Below, piece by piece: positions 1 to 13,760 of a DNA stretch of 64,000 nt. The stretch is taken from contig NC_043003.1 in the NCBI RefSeq assembly GCF_006345805.1, positions 56,048,001 to 56,112,000 on the forward strand, in the 5' to 3' direction. The DNA is from Octopus sinensis (lineage: Eukaryota). A program made the translations under genes and the position numbers. The notes below the pieces were generated by a model. The model did no database searches. It was not told the origin of the DNA and was given only the letters and a program-made list of their open reading frames with translations. The stretch's first letter is position 1. Every line of letters begins with the position of its first letter.

Positions 1-2914
1 ACTAGCCATAGATAGAAATAGAGTAGAGGGTGAGCTAGTTAAGAAGCTAGAAGAGGCAATTAGAAGCGGCATCGCATCCGACGTTTTGGCGGCGAGGTTG
101 GCCCTCGACCAACACTTCAACGCCAAACACGAAGGATGTGCTGTCAGAGCTAGGATGCGTGCTCTAAGGAACGAAGGTGTTGGAGTCGCGAGAGAGGCCC
201 GGGTGGCAGAGGCGCAACAGGGCAACAAAGCCACCATTCGGTCACTGGTAGATGAACAGGGGCGCGAATTGCTCGAGCCAAGTAAAATGTGTGAGGTCTT
301 TCAGCAGCATTTTGCCCGACTGTTCGGGACGAGTGGAGGGCAAGAACGTAGGGTAGACTTCAGTGCCTACCTACATAGCCTGCCACGACTCTCGACAAGA
401 AAGGCAGGGTGCTGCGAAGGTGCCATCACGGCGGCGGAAGTGCGGGAAGCGATGGCAGAATGCTCGAGGGACAAATCACCGGGTTTGGATGGTCTACCCT
501 ACGAATTTTACTATTGTATGCCAGACTTGTTTGGAGACGTCTTGGCAGCGGTATACTGCAACTGGCAGCAAAACGGGAGCATACCCGGTTTTGTGAGTCG
601 AGGAGCTGTAACTCTGCTGAAGAAAGATCCAAACAAGGGAAACATTATAGATAACTTTAGGCCAATCACTCTGCTCAATGCAGACCTGAAAATTTTGACA
701 AAGGTGTTAGCCAAGAGGTTGGCGCTTGTCATGGAGAAACTGGTCGACAACGCACAAACGTGCGCCGTGCGGGCCGGAGCATCCATGACAACCTCCATCT
801 GATGCGCTACATCATAGACAGGGTAGTTAACGAACCTGGCATGGGTGGGGCCCTGATCAACTTGGATCAATCGAAAGCCTTTGATAGGGTAGACCATCGA
901 TACTTGGAGGCAGTCCTGAGAGCGGCTGGTTTCGGTCCCGTCTTCCGCGGCTGGATAGCTGCCTTGTACAGAGGCGTCCGTTCGGTAATTCGCGTAAATG
1001 GACATCTATCGAGACCCTTCGACATTGCACGTTCGGTCCGTCAGGGATGCCCCCTCTCGGCGCTTCTATACGTATTGACTCTTGAGCCACTACTGCGGAA
1101 GCTGGCGACTCTGAGGGGCATCCCGCGAGAATTAGGATGCGGGACGAGCGTGTCTGCATAAGCGGACGACGTCACCGTCATAGTGTCAAGCCACGAACAC
1201 ATCGAGCGGGTCCGGCGAGACACTGAAAGACTACGAAGCGGTGACAGGAGCAAAAATCAACTGGGAAAAGTCAGTGGGCTTGCGGCTCGGCACACTGGAG
1301 AAGCAAGCCCATGCCGTCCACCAGTACCTCCGTCGTGGGAGACGCTGGACAGACGGCCGGTTGAGTTGCTCGGGGTCTGGTTCGGTCCGGACCTCCAAAT
1401 GGAGAAGAACTGGAACGAGATAACGAGTAGGGTGGTCACTCTCGCCAGCAATGGGCCGAGAGGAAACTGTCCCTAAAAGGTCGGGCGGAGGTGGTGAACG
1501 CGTACATCGCGTCCATCATCTACTACGCCTGACCGTCGTACCTTGTCCCGACCCTACCATCACCAAACTAGAACGCATCCTCTTCGCTTCTTGTGGAAAG
1601 GATGCGTCCCGATGGTCAGGCGATCCATTTGCTGTCAACACCCGTTAAGAGGAGGGCTGGGCATGCCGTGGTTGATGATGCGCAGACACGCGCTGAGACT
1701 GCGACATCTCCGGCTCTATGTGACGACGGTGAACAGGTGTGGTCGCTGTTTGTGAGGCACGCATTCCCGCAACTCGTCTCCATGACCGAACTACAGTCGT
1801 GGATCAAAAAGAGGCCGAAGAAGGGCGAATGGCACCGCGAGTGTCGCGTTGCTTCTCAAGCAACTCTGCCGTCCCGAGTCGACCTTGAGTGACTTCAACA
1901 CAACAAAGCATTCTATAGGGGATTAGTGGAGGGGAGGTACGACGACGAGCTCGGGGCAAACCTGGGCGTCGACGAGGAATACCTGACCCGCCTGTTTCAA
2001 ACGACTTTCGGCCCGGGACCTATGGACAACTTCCAGAGATCCCTGGCCTGGCGGTGCTACGAGAAGCGCTACCCGTTCGGGATAAGCTCTATAGGCATGG
2101 CTCGAGAAACACGGGGCCGACCTGCCCGAGATGCGGGCAGAGCGACGAAACCGCTCTGCACGCAATCGTGCAGTGTCCAGCAATTTCCCTCCTGTAGGCT
2201 TATGTCGAACGACTGCTGTCACGTGTGGACGTGTCGGTTTATCCGCCGAGTCTATCGTTAATATCGTCACGCCTCCTTCCTTCAAACGGGAAGGAAGAGC
2301 TATTTTTATCATACTTGTGGCTATGGCGAAAGAATGTATCTGGTGGACGCGTCTGAAAGGATTAGAGACAAACACTTTCCTCTCTGGTCAATCTCTCATC
2401 AACTTCTTCAAGTATCACTTGAAGAAAAAAGTGAGAGTAGAGAGGCAAGTTGTGTCTAGTGAATGTTTTAAAAAAAGATGGGTGAATGTAGCAAGGATGG
2501 CACGTATGAATGACGAAGCCACCTTGACTATGATTCTATGAACCGTAAAAATTAATACAGAGAGTTGCTTATTTGCAAAAAAAAAAAAGAAATATAACAT
2601 GTGACTTCATTGACCGAGGTTACCGTGGTCTTTTCCGTAGGCTTTTCTTTCCACGGGTAAACCTCACCTGTCCTCCCCTTTACACTTCATATTGACACTT
2701 CTGTGATAACGATCCCTATTGATCAATTTTTTTTCCTCTCCCCCTTTTTTTTTAACCCCCCCTTTTTTTGTCCTCTTTCTCTCCTTTTACGATCCCTTTT
2801 TTATTTTATTTTATTTTTTATTTTATTTTATTTTTTTTTTAAACCTTCAAAAGAAAAGCTCTACCTTGTAATTTGTTCTATCTGTGTGCAGCCCTGTGTG
2901 GCTAATAAAGAAAC
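1..2914 (+). mobile_element. Tx1/L1-clade non-LTR retrotransposon, ORF2 (RT + CCHC knuckle) and 3' UTR; inactivated, runs off the window start
   Basis: ORF pieces give KSPGLDGLPYEFY, FRPITLLNADLKILTKVLAKRL, LDQSKAFDRVDH and SVRQGCPLSALLY. The catalytic motif reads SA*ADD (TAA at 1159-1161 instead of Tyr). Knuckle CPRCGQSDETALHAIVQC near 2120-2180. Stop at 2539-2541. Several frameshifts. Pyrimidine-rich 3' UTR ends GCCCTGTGTGGCTAATAAAGAAAC. Confidence 0.92.
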
Positions 2915-2928
2915 ATATATGTCTGTCC

Positions 2929-2968
<40 letters not shown>

Positions 2969-2999
2969 GTCCGTCTGTCCATCTGTCTATCTATCTACC

Positions 3000-3064
<65 letters not shown>

Positions 3065-3095
3065 GTCCGTCTGTCCATCTGTCTATCTATCTACC

Positions 3096-3126
<31 letters not shown>

Positions 3127-3133
3127 CTATCTA

Positions 3134-3168
<35 letters not shown>

Positions 3169-3300
3169 TTATCTGTCCATCTGTCTATGTCTCTATCAAT
3201 CTATCTGTCTCTCTGTATGTTTGTCTGTCTGTCTTCTATCTATCTATCTGTCTGTCTTATTATCTATCAATGTGTCTATCTGTCTATATCTATCTGTCTA
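2915..3300 (+). repeat. (TCTA)n/(TCTG)n tract abutting the Tx1 3' end
   Basis: Directly visible; explains the IYLS-type ORFs. Confidence 0.95.
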
Positions 3301-3476
3301 TATTTATATGCGTATGTATCTATGCACACATGCAAAATATAAACATAAGTCTATCGGGGTCGATAAATTAAGTACCAGCGAATCACTGGGGTCGAACTAA
3401 TCGACTAGGTCCCTCCCCACAAATTTCAGGTCTTTGCCTTTTGTAGAAGGCATTATCATCACTATCATCATCCTCA

Positions 3477-3509
<33 letters not shown>

Positions 3510-3522
3510 CTTTTTATTATTA

Positions 3523-3735
3523 AGGCGACAATGTCTCAGAATCGTTAGTACGCTGGATGAAGTGCTTAGCAGCTTTTCGCATTCCTTTACATTTTAAGTT
3601 CAAATTCCGCATAGGTCGACTTTGCCTTCCAGCTTTTCGAGGTCGATAAGTACCAGTTCAGTATTGTAGTCACTGTAATCAGCTATCTCCCTCCTACAAA
3701 ATTCAGGCTTTGTGTCCCTAGTAGAAATGTTAATA
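3523..3735 (+). mobile_element. tRNA-derived SINE, family A' (tail ending ...CTAGTAGAAA), diverged; a tail fragment of another copy lies at 3350-3500 with an (ATT)n run
   Basis: Shares GTTCAAATTCCGC..GGTCGACTTTGCCTT and GGTCGATAAGTACCAGTT with the younger copies at 55528 and 63728. Confidence 0.75.
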
Positions 3736-4158
3736 AGTATTATCGTTTCTCCTTGTTAAAAATTTATAGCATACCAACAAAACAAGCTTACGCCCAGAAT
3801 TTGATATTTATATCTGTTTAGCGTGACATATTTGGCGGTCGTCAGTTCATTTTATTTTTTTCAAATAGGTACTTGTTAATGTAGCTATAATTAATTTTCA
3901 AGTATTCATTTATTAAGCACCTTTATTGATAAATTTCTTTTATTCAAATTAGCGACGATGTAAATAATAAATATAAGCTTACACTTTATCTACTGACACA
4001 CATGCGCACAGACATACGTATACATAATAGATACATAGACAGATATATACAAAAATATGTATGTTTGTAATACATATACACATACATGCATACATACATG
4101 AATAGATGCATGTCTATATATATGAATACATACATGCATAAATAATAAATAATAAATA

Positions 4159-4202
<44 letters not shown>

Positions 4203-4212
4203 TCATGCATAT

Positions 4213-4470
4213 ATGGGTACAGGACGTTACCAACGGTGCAAATAACATGAAATACGTAAACAAACGAGGAAAATACGTGTAAAATACGTAAACAACGAAA
4301 AAAAACAACAACGAGAAAAAATGGAAAACAAGTCAGGTAAACAAAAAGTGAGGACCCTTCATCAGTTGTCAGTTATCTATCTACTCCTCATTTTGAGCAA
4401 TGAACAACAATAGGAATCTTCCAAGACAGTTGCACCCCAAAATTCTTAATAGAATTTAGGACTTATGCAT
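4213..4470. repeat. Unclassified interspersed repeat; second copy at about 26890-27050
   Basis: Shared AGGAC..AACATGAAATACG and TTCATCAGTT blocks; both copies sit among TA/CA microsatellites. Confidence 0.55.
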
Positions 4471-4674
4471 ACATTCATGAATGCATGCATATATACATTA
4501 AGACACACATACATACATATATAGGTACATAAATACATACATACAGATAGATATTTATGAATGTTTGTGTGCATGGGTGTGTGTTATTTTGTGTGTGTGC
4601 GTGCGTTAGTGTCTTTGTGTCTGAGTTTGTCTCGCACGACGGTTTGTCAATCGCTGCTGTTTAGTGTATGTCCT

Positions 4675-4957
4675 CTTAAAGTAGCGGTTCGGTAAAAGTA
4701 ACCGATAGAATGAGTACTAGCTTCCTTAGAAAAATGTAATTATCAGGGGCCAATTTTTTCCACTAAAAACTTTCAGGGTTGAAACAAGTATAAGATATAC
4801 ACAAACACACATTTACGCTTAAAGTAGCGGTTCGGTAGTGACCGATAGAATAAGTATTAGCTTCTTTCGAAAAATATAATTACCAGGGGCCAATTTCTTC
4901 CACTCAAACCTTTCAAAGTTGAAACAAGTAAAAGATATACACAAACACACATTTACG
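4675..4957 (+). repeat. Tandem duplication (143 + 140 bp) of the 3' half of a family-B SINE
   Basis: Both units start CTTAAAGTAGCGGTTCGGTA and end GATATACACAAACACACATTTACG. Confidence 0.9.
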
Positions 4958-5745
4958 CACATAGATACATTGGAAGTCAGTATTAGGAGACTCGATCGGT
5001 TTCCACTATGGATAGCAAGGATTTTCGAGCTACTAAACAACCATCTCCTAGAATATAAGTATAAATGATTGAATGTTCACAAAGAGACGATCCATATTAG
5101 ATTAACATCCGGACAGAATCGTCTAAAAGACTAAATTCGTTGAATTACAGGCACATCCTATAAGCTTCTATACACTTTTAATGAACCCAATAAACAAAGT
5201 TCTGATCGACCTGCGAATACTATAAAAGACACATGTGCTAAATTTTCAAAAGCATGAAATTGGTCATGTATAAGTTGTTGTAATCTTGTCAGATATGTGT
5301 ACGATTGTAAGCATAGATATGTGCGTGAGAGTCTATGCACACGCCCACTCATTTAAACAACAGTTGACACTGTGTAATGCCGTTGTTCTTGTTTTGCTTT
5401 TTTTTTTAAGTATTTATGTTCTTTATAATATCTAAGTACAAAGAAACAACAAAAAAGAGATGAAAAAGGAAAACAAAAAACTTAGGTGGGTTGTAAAGCA
5501 GAAGGAGAGGGAGGGTGATGGCCTACATATCGTAGAACAATTGATGTACCTCTGAGAATATTAACCGTGAGCGATACCGCTAATCCTTTCGGGGTCGATA
5601 AAATAAGTACGAGTTGAGCTTTGAGATAGATCTAATCAATTTATCTCTTCCTGAAATTGCTAGCTCTGTGCCAAATTTTGAAAACAATATTAACCGTCAA
5701 CTCATTCCAGCAACAATTTATGACCCATGTCATTACATGAATGTA

Positions 5746-5776
5746 TAACGTTTCGAGCATGGCTGTTTGTCAGAAA
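5746..5776 (-). ncRNA. Degenerate minimal type I hammerhead-like motif
   Basis: Minus strand TTT-CTGACAA-ACAGCCATGCTC-GAAACGTTA; core has G8A; homologous to the motif at 39769-39803. Confidence 0.35.
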
Positions 5777-6307
5777 GACGAGAGACGAGAGGTCCCGAGG
5801 AGGAAAAAAAATCCAAGCATACACACACACACACACACACACACATACATATGTATCGTCTTAAATTACACTTATTCACTTTCGTATGTTCACTCTGTAT
5901 TGCTTTGTTTGCTCTGGGTCCAATATTCTCCCCAAAATTCGCGGGCACCGTCAGAAAGGGAAATTCTAAGTCTTATCATCGAAGATGCGAAACTGAGTAA
6001 AACCATATGGTCGATAACTGATGAAGAATTAGGGACTGTCTGTGTCTGTCTCCTGTCCGGTTCTAGACTCAGTATACATTGTACGTTTGCTTACCAAGTC
6101 ATTGTATACTTATAATAAATTTTAAAATTTTACTAAGTAACGGAACACAACGCACCAGGACTTTATTAACAGTAAGTTATATATGTGTGTGTATCATTTT
6201 AATCGAACGTGGTTGGAAGGCAAATTACCTGTCAAAGAGCCACTTCTAAGCCTATATATATATATATTATGTAGGTGTGGGTGTGTGTGTGTGTGTGTGT
6301 GTGTAGG

Positions 6308-6380
<73 letters not shown>

Positions 6381-6605
6381 TGTATATATATATATATACA
6401 TGCATTGTATCCGTGTATGTCACAACGGGCAAAATGCTTAGCAGTATTTCAAATGCAGTTAAGTCGACTTTGACTTTTAGCCTCTCGAGGTGGCTAAAAT
6501 AAACACAGTTGAGTACTGGAAGTCGATGTGCCAAAATTTCAAACCAATATTAACATGCATACATACATACATACATACATAGATACATATAATATATACA
6601 TACAT

Positions 6606-6637
<32 letters not shown>

Positions 6638-8040
6638 CGTACGTACGCACATGCATACATACATACGTACATACATACATGTATATACGCGAGTGTGTAT
6701 GTGTGAGTGTGTGTATATGTATATATATTTGCATATGTATACGTAGACACACGTGAACATTTATAGATATACGTACGTGTCAGAGGGGGTGTATATATGA
6801 TTAAATATGACTATGTAAACATCCGTCTCCTTCTCTTTCTCTCTCTCTCTCTCTTCCTCTCTCTCTCTTTCTTCCTCTCTCTCTCTCTCTCTCTCCCTCT
6901 CTGTGTGTATGTGTATGTGTATGTTTATGCTTATGTATAAGCATGTGTGTCAGAATGTCTACACATTCACATCCGATGTTGAAGGTTAGAGTTAGCTATT
7001 TATTTAGATGTTTATTTAACACCATAACAACTCTCCTTCTGCACCCCCCCTCTACCACATACTTTAGTCGTTTAACTTTATGCTTTTTCTCTATCATTCT
7101 CTCATTTCTCTCGCCTTTCCCTTCCTCTATTTATCTCTCATTCGCCGTCTCTTAGCTACCAGTCTCGCATCTGTACGTTTCCGAGCATGTGCGTGTGCGT
7201 GTGTGTGAGTAGTAAAAGCGTGTGGGTGTGCACAGGCGTATTAATGCGTGTATGTGTTTATCAATGCGTGTTTGTGTAAGCCTTTTATGTTCCTATTCAT
7301 TGATGTGAATACGCCATTTACTATTCTCTCACTTTCCTCTCTCTCTCTCTCTCTTTCTCTGTTTCTGTCTCTGTCTCTGTCAGTATGTCTGTCTGTCTGA
7401 CTGTCACTCTCTTTCTTTGTGCCTATCTGTTTGTCTTTGTCTCTCTGCCCCCCCCCGTCTCTCTCTCAAACCGTCCGTCTTAAAATTTATAGCTGTGTAT
7501 TTACATATTATGTCCGTCTTTAGGTTCTGAGTTGAAACTCCGCCGAGTTTGATTTTGCACAGGGGTCGGTAGAATAGACTTACTCCGTTCTCCGAAATTG
7601 TTCGCCTTGAGCCAACGTTTTAAATCAATGTGTGTACATGTTTATTGTAAGTCGAATGGTTTGCATGGCTTTCTGACGAATCATTCATTACGTTCCATGA
7701 TTGATTCGACTACGCGTCAAGAAAATCCACAGCCTTTCGAACGGTAATTCCAATTCAAAACAATGATCTTTATTACACAATCTTTCACAGACATTCCACC
7801 GACCTGTCAGGTCCGAGGTATGAGTTCGAGGTATACTGAGCCACAATACTTTACGGAGTTAGTCATAACGTTGACTGAATAGCATGAAGATACATTCAGG
7901 AAACCTTTGCAAGAAACTCCATAACTACCTCGTATTTATTAAATTTCACTACACAAACACACCCAACTGTATACAACCTCTCATACACACAAGTGTGTAT
8001 ATAATCATGAATACAGAACGAATCGTATTTATGTATGTAT

Positions 8041-8228
8041 CATCATCATCATCGTTTAACGTACGCTTTCCATGCTGGCATGGGTTGGATGATTTGACTG
8101 AGGATTGGCGGCACCAGGCTCCAATCTGATCTGGCAGAGTTTCTACAGCTGGATACCCTTCCTAAAGCCACCCACCCTGATAGTGTAGTGGGTGCTTTTA
8201 CGTGCCACCGGCACGAGGGCCAGTCAAG
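8041..8228 (-). mobile_element. 3' end of an RTE-type retroposon with (ATG)n tail
   Basis: (CAT)n followed by CGTTTAACGTACGCTTTCCATGCTGGCATGGGTTGG...GGATACCCTTCCTAA; recognised from memory as an RTE-like 3' end. Confidence 0.5.
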
Positions 8229-8414
8229 CAGTACTCACACACACAATATACGATAAAATATATAAATATGTAATAAACAATGTATTTCTCGAAATTCTTC
8301 CAAATGATATTTATGTCTACTAATCATACATGAGGAATTACCTTGGTAGTTAAACAGAAAAATGTTATACAATGACAGTTAAAAATGTCTCATATTTACT
8401 CATGCTTTCCTAAT

Positions 8415-8580
8415 ACGACGGGCTTTTTCAGCTTCCATCTAACAATTCTATTCACAAAGCCTTGGTGTGCCCAAGGCTATAGAAGACACTTGCTCAAGAC
8501 GCCAGGCAGTGGGACTGAAGCCGGGACCAGGTGGTTGGGAAGCAAGCTTCTGACCACACATCTACGCTTGCGCCTACATA
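8415..8580 (-). mobile_element. Family-B SINE, tRNA-like head fragment
   Basis: Matches GACGGGCTT..CAAGGCTATAGAAGACACTTG..CAGTGGGACTGAA of the full copies at 19312, 33252 and 36755. Confidence 0.8.
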
Positions 8581-8889
8581 TATATACACACACACATATA
8601 TACGCATATATACGTATATATACGCATACATATACTGGTATATATGTACCTGAAATGTCACATTCAAATATTTGACTGCTGCACACGCTGTCTTCATTCA
8701 GTCGTCTGTAGTGTGTAAATATTTCAAGGTGTAGATTATGAAGTAGTTTCGGTAAATGTGGTTTTAATTGATTTACGCTACTGTATGTAAAAGCATATGT
8801 GTCTGAATGGATACAGATGATAATTGCTGAAGCCTTATATATACCAGCGTACTGATGTCATATAGCGAATGTTTATTTGTTATTTGACT

Positions 8890-8967
<78 letters not shown>

Positions 8968-9181
8968 ATATATACATACATACATATATATACTGTAATA
9001 CAGCATGGATGTCGCAGCAGATATCATTATCACATGGGTTTGTGAGTAGTTCTCAAACATTAGACCAGTGAACCTAGACTTCACTTACAATAAGCATACC
9101 TTGTGTCCTGACCAAAGCTAATTATATGATTTACAGTAGTGTATATATCTTAGTATGTGAGTGTGTGTATGTATGTATATA

Positions 9182-9248
<67 letters not shown>

Positions 9249-9564
9249 ATAATATATACACATATATATACAATATATGCATGTTTGTGTATATGCTTGT
9301 GTGCGTGTGCATGTGACTGTGTTTATTATCCCCCACCACCTCCTGACGAACTTTGTTGTTCTGTTTCCGCCTCCGTAACCTAACGGTTCGGCCCTGGGAA
9401 TGCATGTAACAAGTCCTAGATCGAAACAAAAACGAAAAAAATTACAGAATAAGTACTGTGGTTGAATCGTTCGACCAAAATTCTTTCTGACCGTGCCCCT
9501 AGTGTGGCCACATTTTAATGACTGAAGCCAGTGAAAGAATAAGAGAATACTTGAAAAATGTATG

Positions 9565-9735
<171 letters not shown>

Positions 9736-9739
9736 CTAT

Positions 9740-11950
9740 ATATCTATCTCTCTATCAGGTTGGATTTCAACACCATCTTCACTCTTTATTTGATACATCT
9801 CGCTAACCTCGACTTTCATTTCTCTGTGTAGAATATAATCCAGCAACAAAATCCCTAAATATTTATACCCACTACCGTTGGGTTCACGCATGGGTTCTCT
9901 CCTGATGGTAACCGCAGTCCTCTGTAGGATACTTTCTTCCCTTATTCCATATGAAGTACTGAGCATTTGGTAATCCCTAATTGTATACCGATGTCCCTAC
10001 CACACTTCTGGACTCTTTTGGTTAAGGAGTCTATCTGTCTTTCAGGTTTCCCAAACAATTTCAGAACATCCATAAACAGAAGATGGTTCAATGATTGGTC
10101 TTTCTTCCCACATGGGTAAACCATCTTAACTCTCCCAAGTGTCATTCTTATGTGTTTTAGTGCAATTAGAAATAGTAACGGAGAAAACGCGTCACCTTAG
10201 ATGTTCCTTTTAATATTAACTTCTCCAAGGAATACATTACTTAAGTAAGATTTGGTTTTTCACTCTTTTATGCTATGCATCAGAATATTTGTGATGTCAG
10301 CAACCCCAAACATCTGCAAGCATAGAACGATCCAATAATGAGGCATCATATCATATGCCTTCTGAAAGTCAAACCAAGCCATATACATGTTTGTATGATG
10401 TTTTCACAAAATTTCAAAACTCTTTTATAGAAGAGCAGCTGATCCTTGGTAAGAACTCTTCCCACATCCTTTTTGTTCCCGAGGTAGTAATTCTTCCTGT
10501 GCGAGGAAAGTGTATGTCTTTGCCACACATATTCATATGAGTATCGTTCAGATTTTTATTAGGCATACTATGGGACGGTAGTTTCCCCACAATATTCCCC
10601 TTTCTTCTATCTTTCATTATAAGTATTGTCCTCCGTGTCACCATCCACGCGGAATTGTGCATTTATCGACACACTCATTCAATTTGGTTGCTAGCCTTTC
10701 ATTTATTCCCAGGTATTTGTAAGTTTGTTCCTGCTCGAGTTCTTTCATGACTGTGTCAACAACAGATACCACTGAATGTGAGGTCTTCAATTTCTCTATC
10801 TGGAAAGTGGCCTTGGCATATTTATCAAGACCAAATTCATCACTAAATGCTTTCACAGAACTTATTAGCCCTTCAATCGCATTATCGTCTTTGCCATAGA
10901 GATTCAAGTCATCCATATAAAATAGACGAATTATTTTATTGTAGTCAATATTATATTCATACCCTGTTCTGTTCAGTTCACTTGTAAGGGATATTGTGGC
11001 TATGCAACAAACTAAAGGTGAACGGTTTCAATTGTCTTATCAGCTGCGTAAGTAATTTCGTCTAATTCAGTGAGATCTGGTTTTAGTTCTTGTATAATTT
11101 CTTTTATTACATAGTTTCCAATTTTAATTTCTTTTCTATTTTGGATTGTATTTGAGAGTTTATGCAGTGCTTCTCTATCATGCATATTAGCTTGTCTTAC
11201 AACAGCAAACGTATATAAGATTGTCTGCTTCATTTCTCTCATAGACTCTATGTTCTTCAGTAAATATATAGTATTCAAATATTGTTTCTTTAACACATTC
11301 CTTGCTATCTTTATCAGGTTCATTACAACTTATTTCTTCGGACGTTTGCGTGTTCTGGTCAGATGCGATTCGTGGGGAGTCGTTCTCTTCGTCTGGTTCT
11401 CCATTTCCTTTTCGTCTTATATCTAGGTCATTTTCCGTTACGTGATTGATCGCGGTTATTTCACTATCCTTCCTAATATTTGCTAACACGCTTTCGTCCA
11501 AATATAATCTGCTGTTTTGATTTTGTGTTCTTTATACTGCATAAGATTATGCGGTGAGTTTCTTTTGCGATGGCCCGCCTAATGCATTCCAATATGCTAT
11601 ATTACCTCTCTATACTCTTCTCGGGTCCATTTGATTCTCTTCCCTTTTCTTTCTGTTGTGGGTGTAATGGCCGACATGGAGGGCTCGGGTTGGGGCAGTT
11701 CCCGTTCAAATGATTATCTAGGTTCTTATTTAGAGGAGAGCTTGTGCTAGTGGATAACTTTTCGACCGCAGGCTGGGTTTCTCCAGGGGGATGCACTACC
11801 AGATTAACCACAAGACAAGTGAATGTTCCGAAGTTACTGTTGGAGAGGCGTCTTACACACTATATCCATCGCGTGCAGCATGCTGGTCATAATACCAGCA
11901 ATAATGACAAAGCTTACTTTAAGAAAATGATTACCTTCTACAAGTAATGA
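9740..11950 (-). mobile_element. Degenerate mosaic of R4/Dong-clade LINE pieces (N-terminus plus two RT segments)
   Basis: Minus-strand remnants RIKWTREEYREVI (N-terminus, about 11600-11640), MDDLNLYGKD...YKYLGINE (10700-10930), GNYRPIVCL, LNHLLFMDVLKLF, ITKCSVL and YKYLGILLLD; many stops and frameshifts. Confidence 0.8.
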
Positions 11951-12139
11951 TATTTTATGGTATTATGAATGAGTAGTTTTCCTGTTTCGCATTCCTTGCC
12001 TTGCACAAACATCCTTGACACAATCTAGGATCAGTTTCCCGTCCCCTAAACTCTTTCGTGCAGTTAAATAATAAAGAAAGATATAAATTGCAAGAGGTAT
12101 TTCTACTTATATAAAAAGCGTGGAGTGCCAGCGAAACTA

Positions 12140-12800
12140 TCTAGCATAATGGTGCATCAGTTTGTTTTCTTCTTGACGGTTAATCGTCACGGTGACAAAT
12201 TTCCAACGAGTTTGTCTCACACTGGCGATGAATGACAGATGGAACATCAGTTGTTTTTTGTCATCATTCATGATGTAGCTGACGTAGTAAGACACAATAA
12301 ACATCTGCTTTCTTTTCGGTCTTCCAGATATTTCTGCAAGATAGCAATTCACCCCTTAATACAAAGGTGATATCTGTTGATAAAAAGGGAGCATTATTCC
12401 TTCGTTTCATTGCTTTCATTTCTTGCAGATGAAGCTGTGGGGTATTTACTTAGAAACGGCTTTAGCGTTGAATCTAATATCAGTAGGCGATACGCCAAAA
12501 CCAGCCATCACGTTAAAGTGTATAAATTTCAATGTATTGCTTTCAAAAGCGTTTTTCATCATTCTGTTATTGCTGAATGTGACATAACTTGAAGCTTATC
12601 TTCAGCTCGTTCCACACGATATGAGGCAACATTCATTAAAAGAGATCTTCTCACAGTTGATACTGAAAAGCATTCAATGACATATTTTATCAGCTTTGAT
12701 TCATCGACAGAAGATATTGCTCAAACGCTTGGTAGGCAAAAAATTCCTCAGATATTATAAATAGTGAATCATCCTTCATTATTTAAGCCCAAACATTTAT
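12140..12800 (-). pseudogene. Highly degenerate hAT (Charlie/SPIN-like) transposase fragment
   Basis: Minus-strand remnants resembling LDESTD, EELL, W.KLVSVTTDG (WKFVTVT) and HCIIH (KLMHHYA) in the expected order; by eye only. Confidence 0.4.
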
Positions 12801-13589
12801 TGAGATGTAAGAGATTACTTAGATCACTCTTACTGTACGCAATATGTTATTCAAAGTGAAATATTAAAAACTGATATTATACATTATCTACCCTTGTAAT
12901 CATTTGTGCAACACTGCGAAAAATGCACATTACCATAAATTTTTGATCAAAATTTAGACTTCAAAATCGAGGAGTTTATTATCAATGACTTTAACATTGT
13001 GTGAGTGGTGGGATGTGTCGATCGCCAAAGGGCAGCCCCTCTATACAGTTATGTTTACTGTAGTCGAAGCAATGACAGGTTCAAGAAAAGAGGATAGCAA
13101 TTTCGCTTTACAAGACGTGGCTGCCAAAACGTACGCTACACCACTGAGGTTTATATATCGCTATAATTTTGTGGTGACAGAATCGGTAGAGCATAATTAT
13201 TTAGCGATATATTTTTCGCCTCTTAACCTTCTGTGCTCAAATTCCACTGAAGTTCACTGCGAGCTGCCATCCATTTGAGACGGATAATATTAAGCACCAG
13301 TCAAGAGGTGGGTCGACATAATCGACCAAGCCACTACTTTCAAAACTTAAGGCTGTGTGAGTGCTTTACAAACATCTATTATTATTATTCAACTTGCGAT
13401 GAAAGTAAACAAAGTTTGCTTTAGAAGCGTTGAGATGTATTGAAAGATACAGAAATAATTTATTCTGAAACGCAAGATAATGCTATTACAATAGCATGTA
13501 CAGGATTAACTATCCATATATTGCAGGAAATTTCGTTAGCAGCTAGCCATGAGATTATTTTTAACACTACTGAAGGCATTGAACTGACA

Positions 13590-13760
13590 AAATGCTCAGC
13601 ACACCGAATAAAATACTTAGCGGAATTTCATCCGTCCTTACGTTCTGAGTTCAAATGCCGCCTTTGTCTTTTGTCCTTTCGGCGTCGATAAGATAAGTTC
13701 TATGTAATCGAAAGATCTTCTCTCAAAATTTCAGGCATGTGCCTATAATAGAAATGATAC
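13590..13760 (+). mobile_element. Family-A' SINE, diverged
   Basis: CCGTCCTTACGTTCTGAGTTCAAATGCCGCC...AAAATTTCAGGCATGTGCCTATAATAGAAA. Confidence 0.7.

Noticed and set aside
2703-3371. Long ORFs of IYLS/YIYI/THTH/CVCV/poly-M/poly-D type throughout the window
   Set aside because: Translations of stop-free microsatellites.
4355-4420. CTGATGAAGG on the minus strand (also near 27015)
   Set aside because: No GAAA or stem III partner in the proper position.
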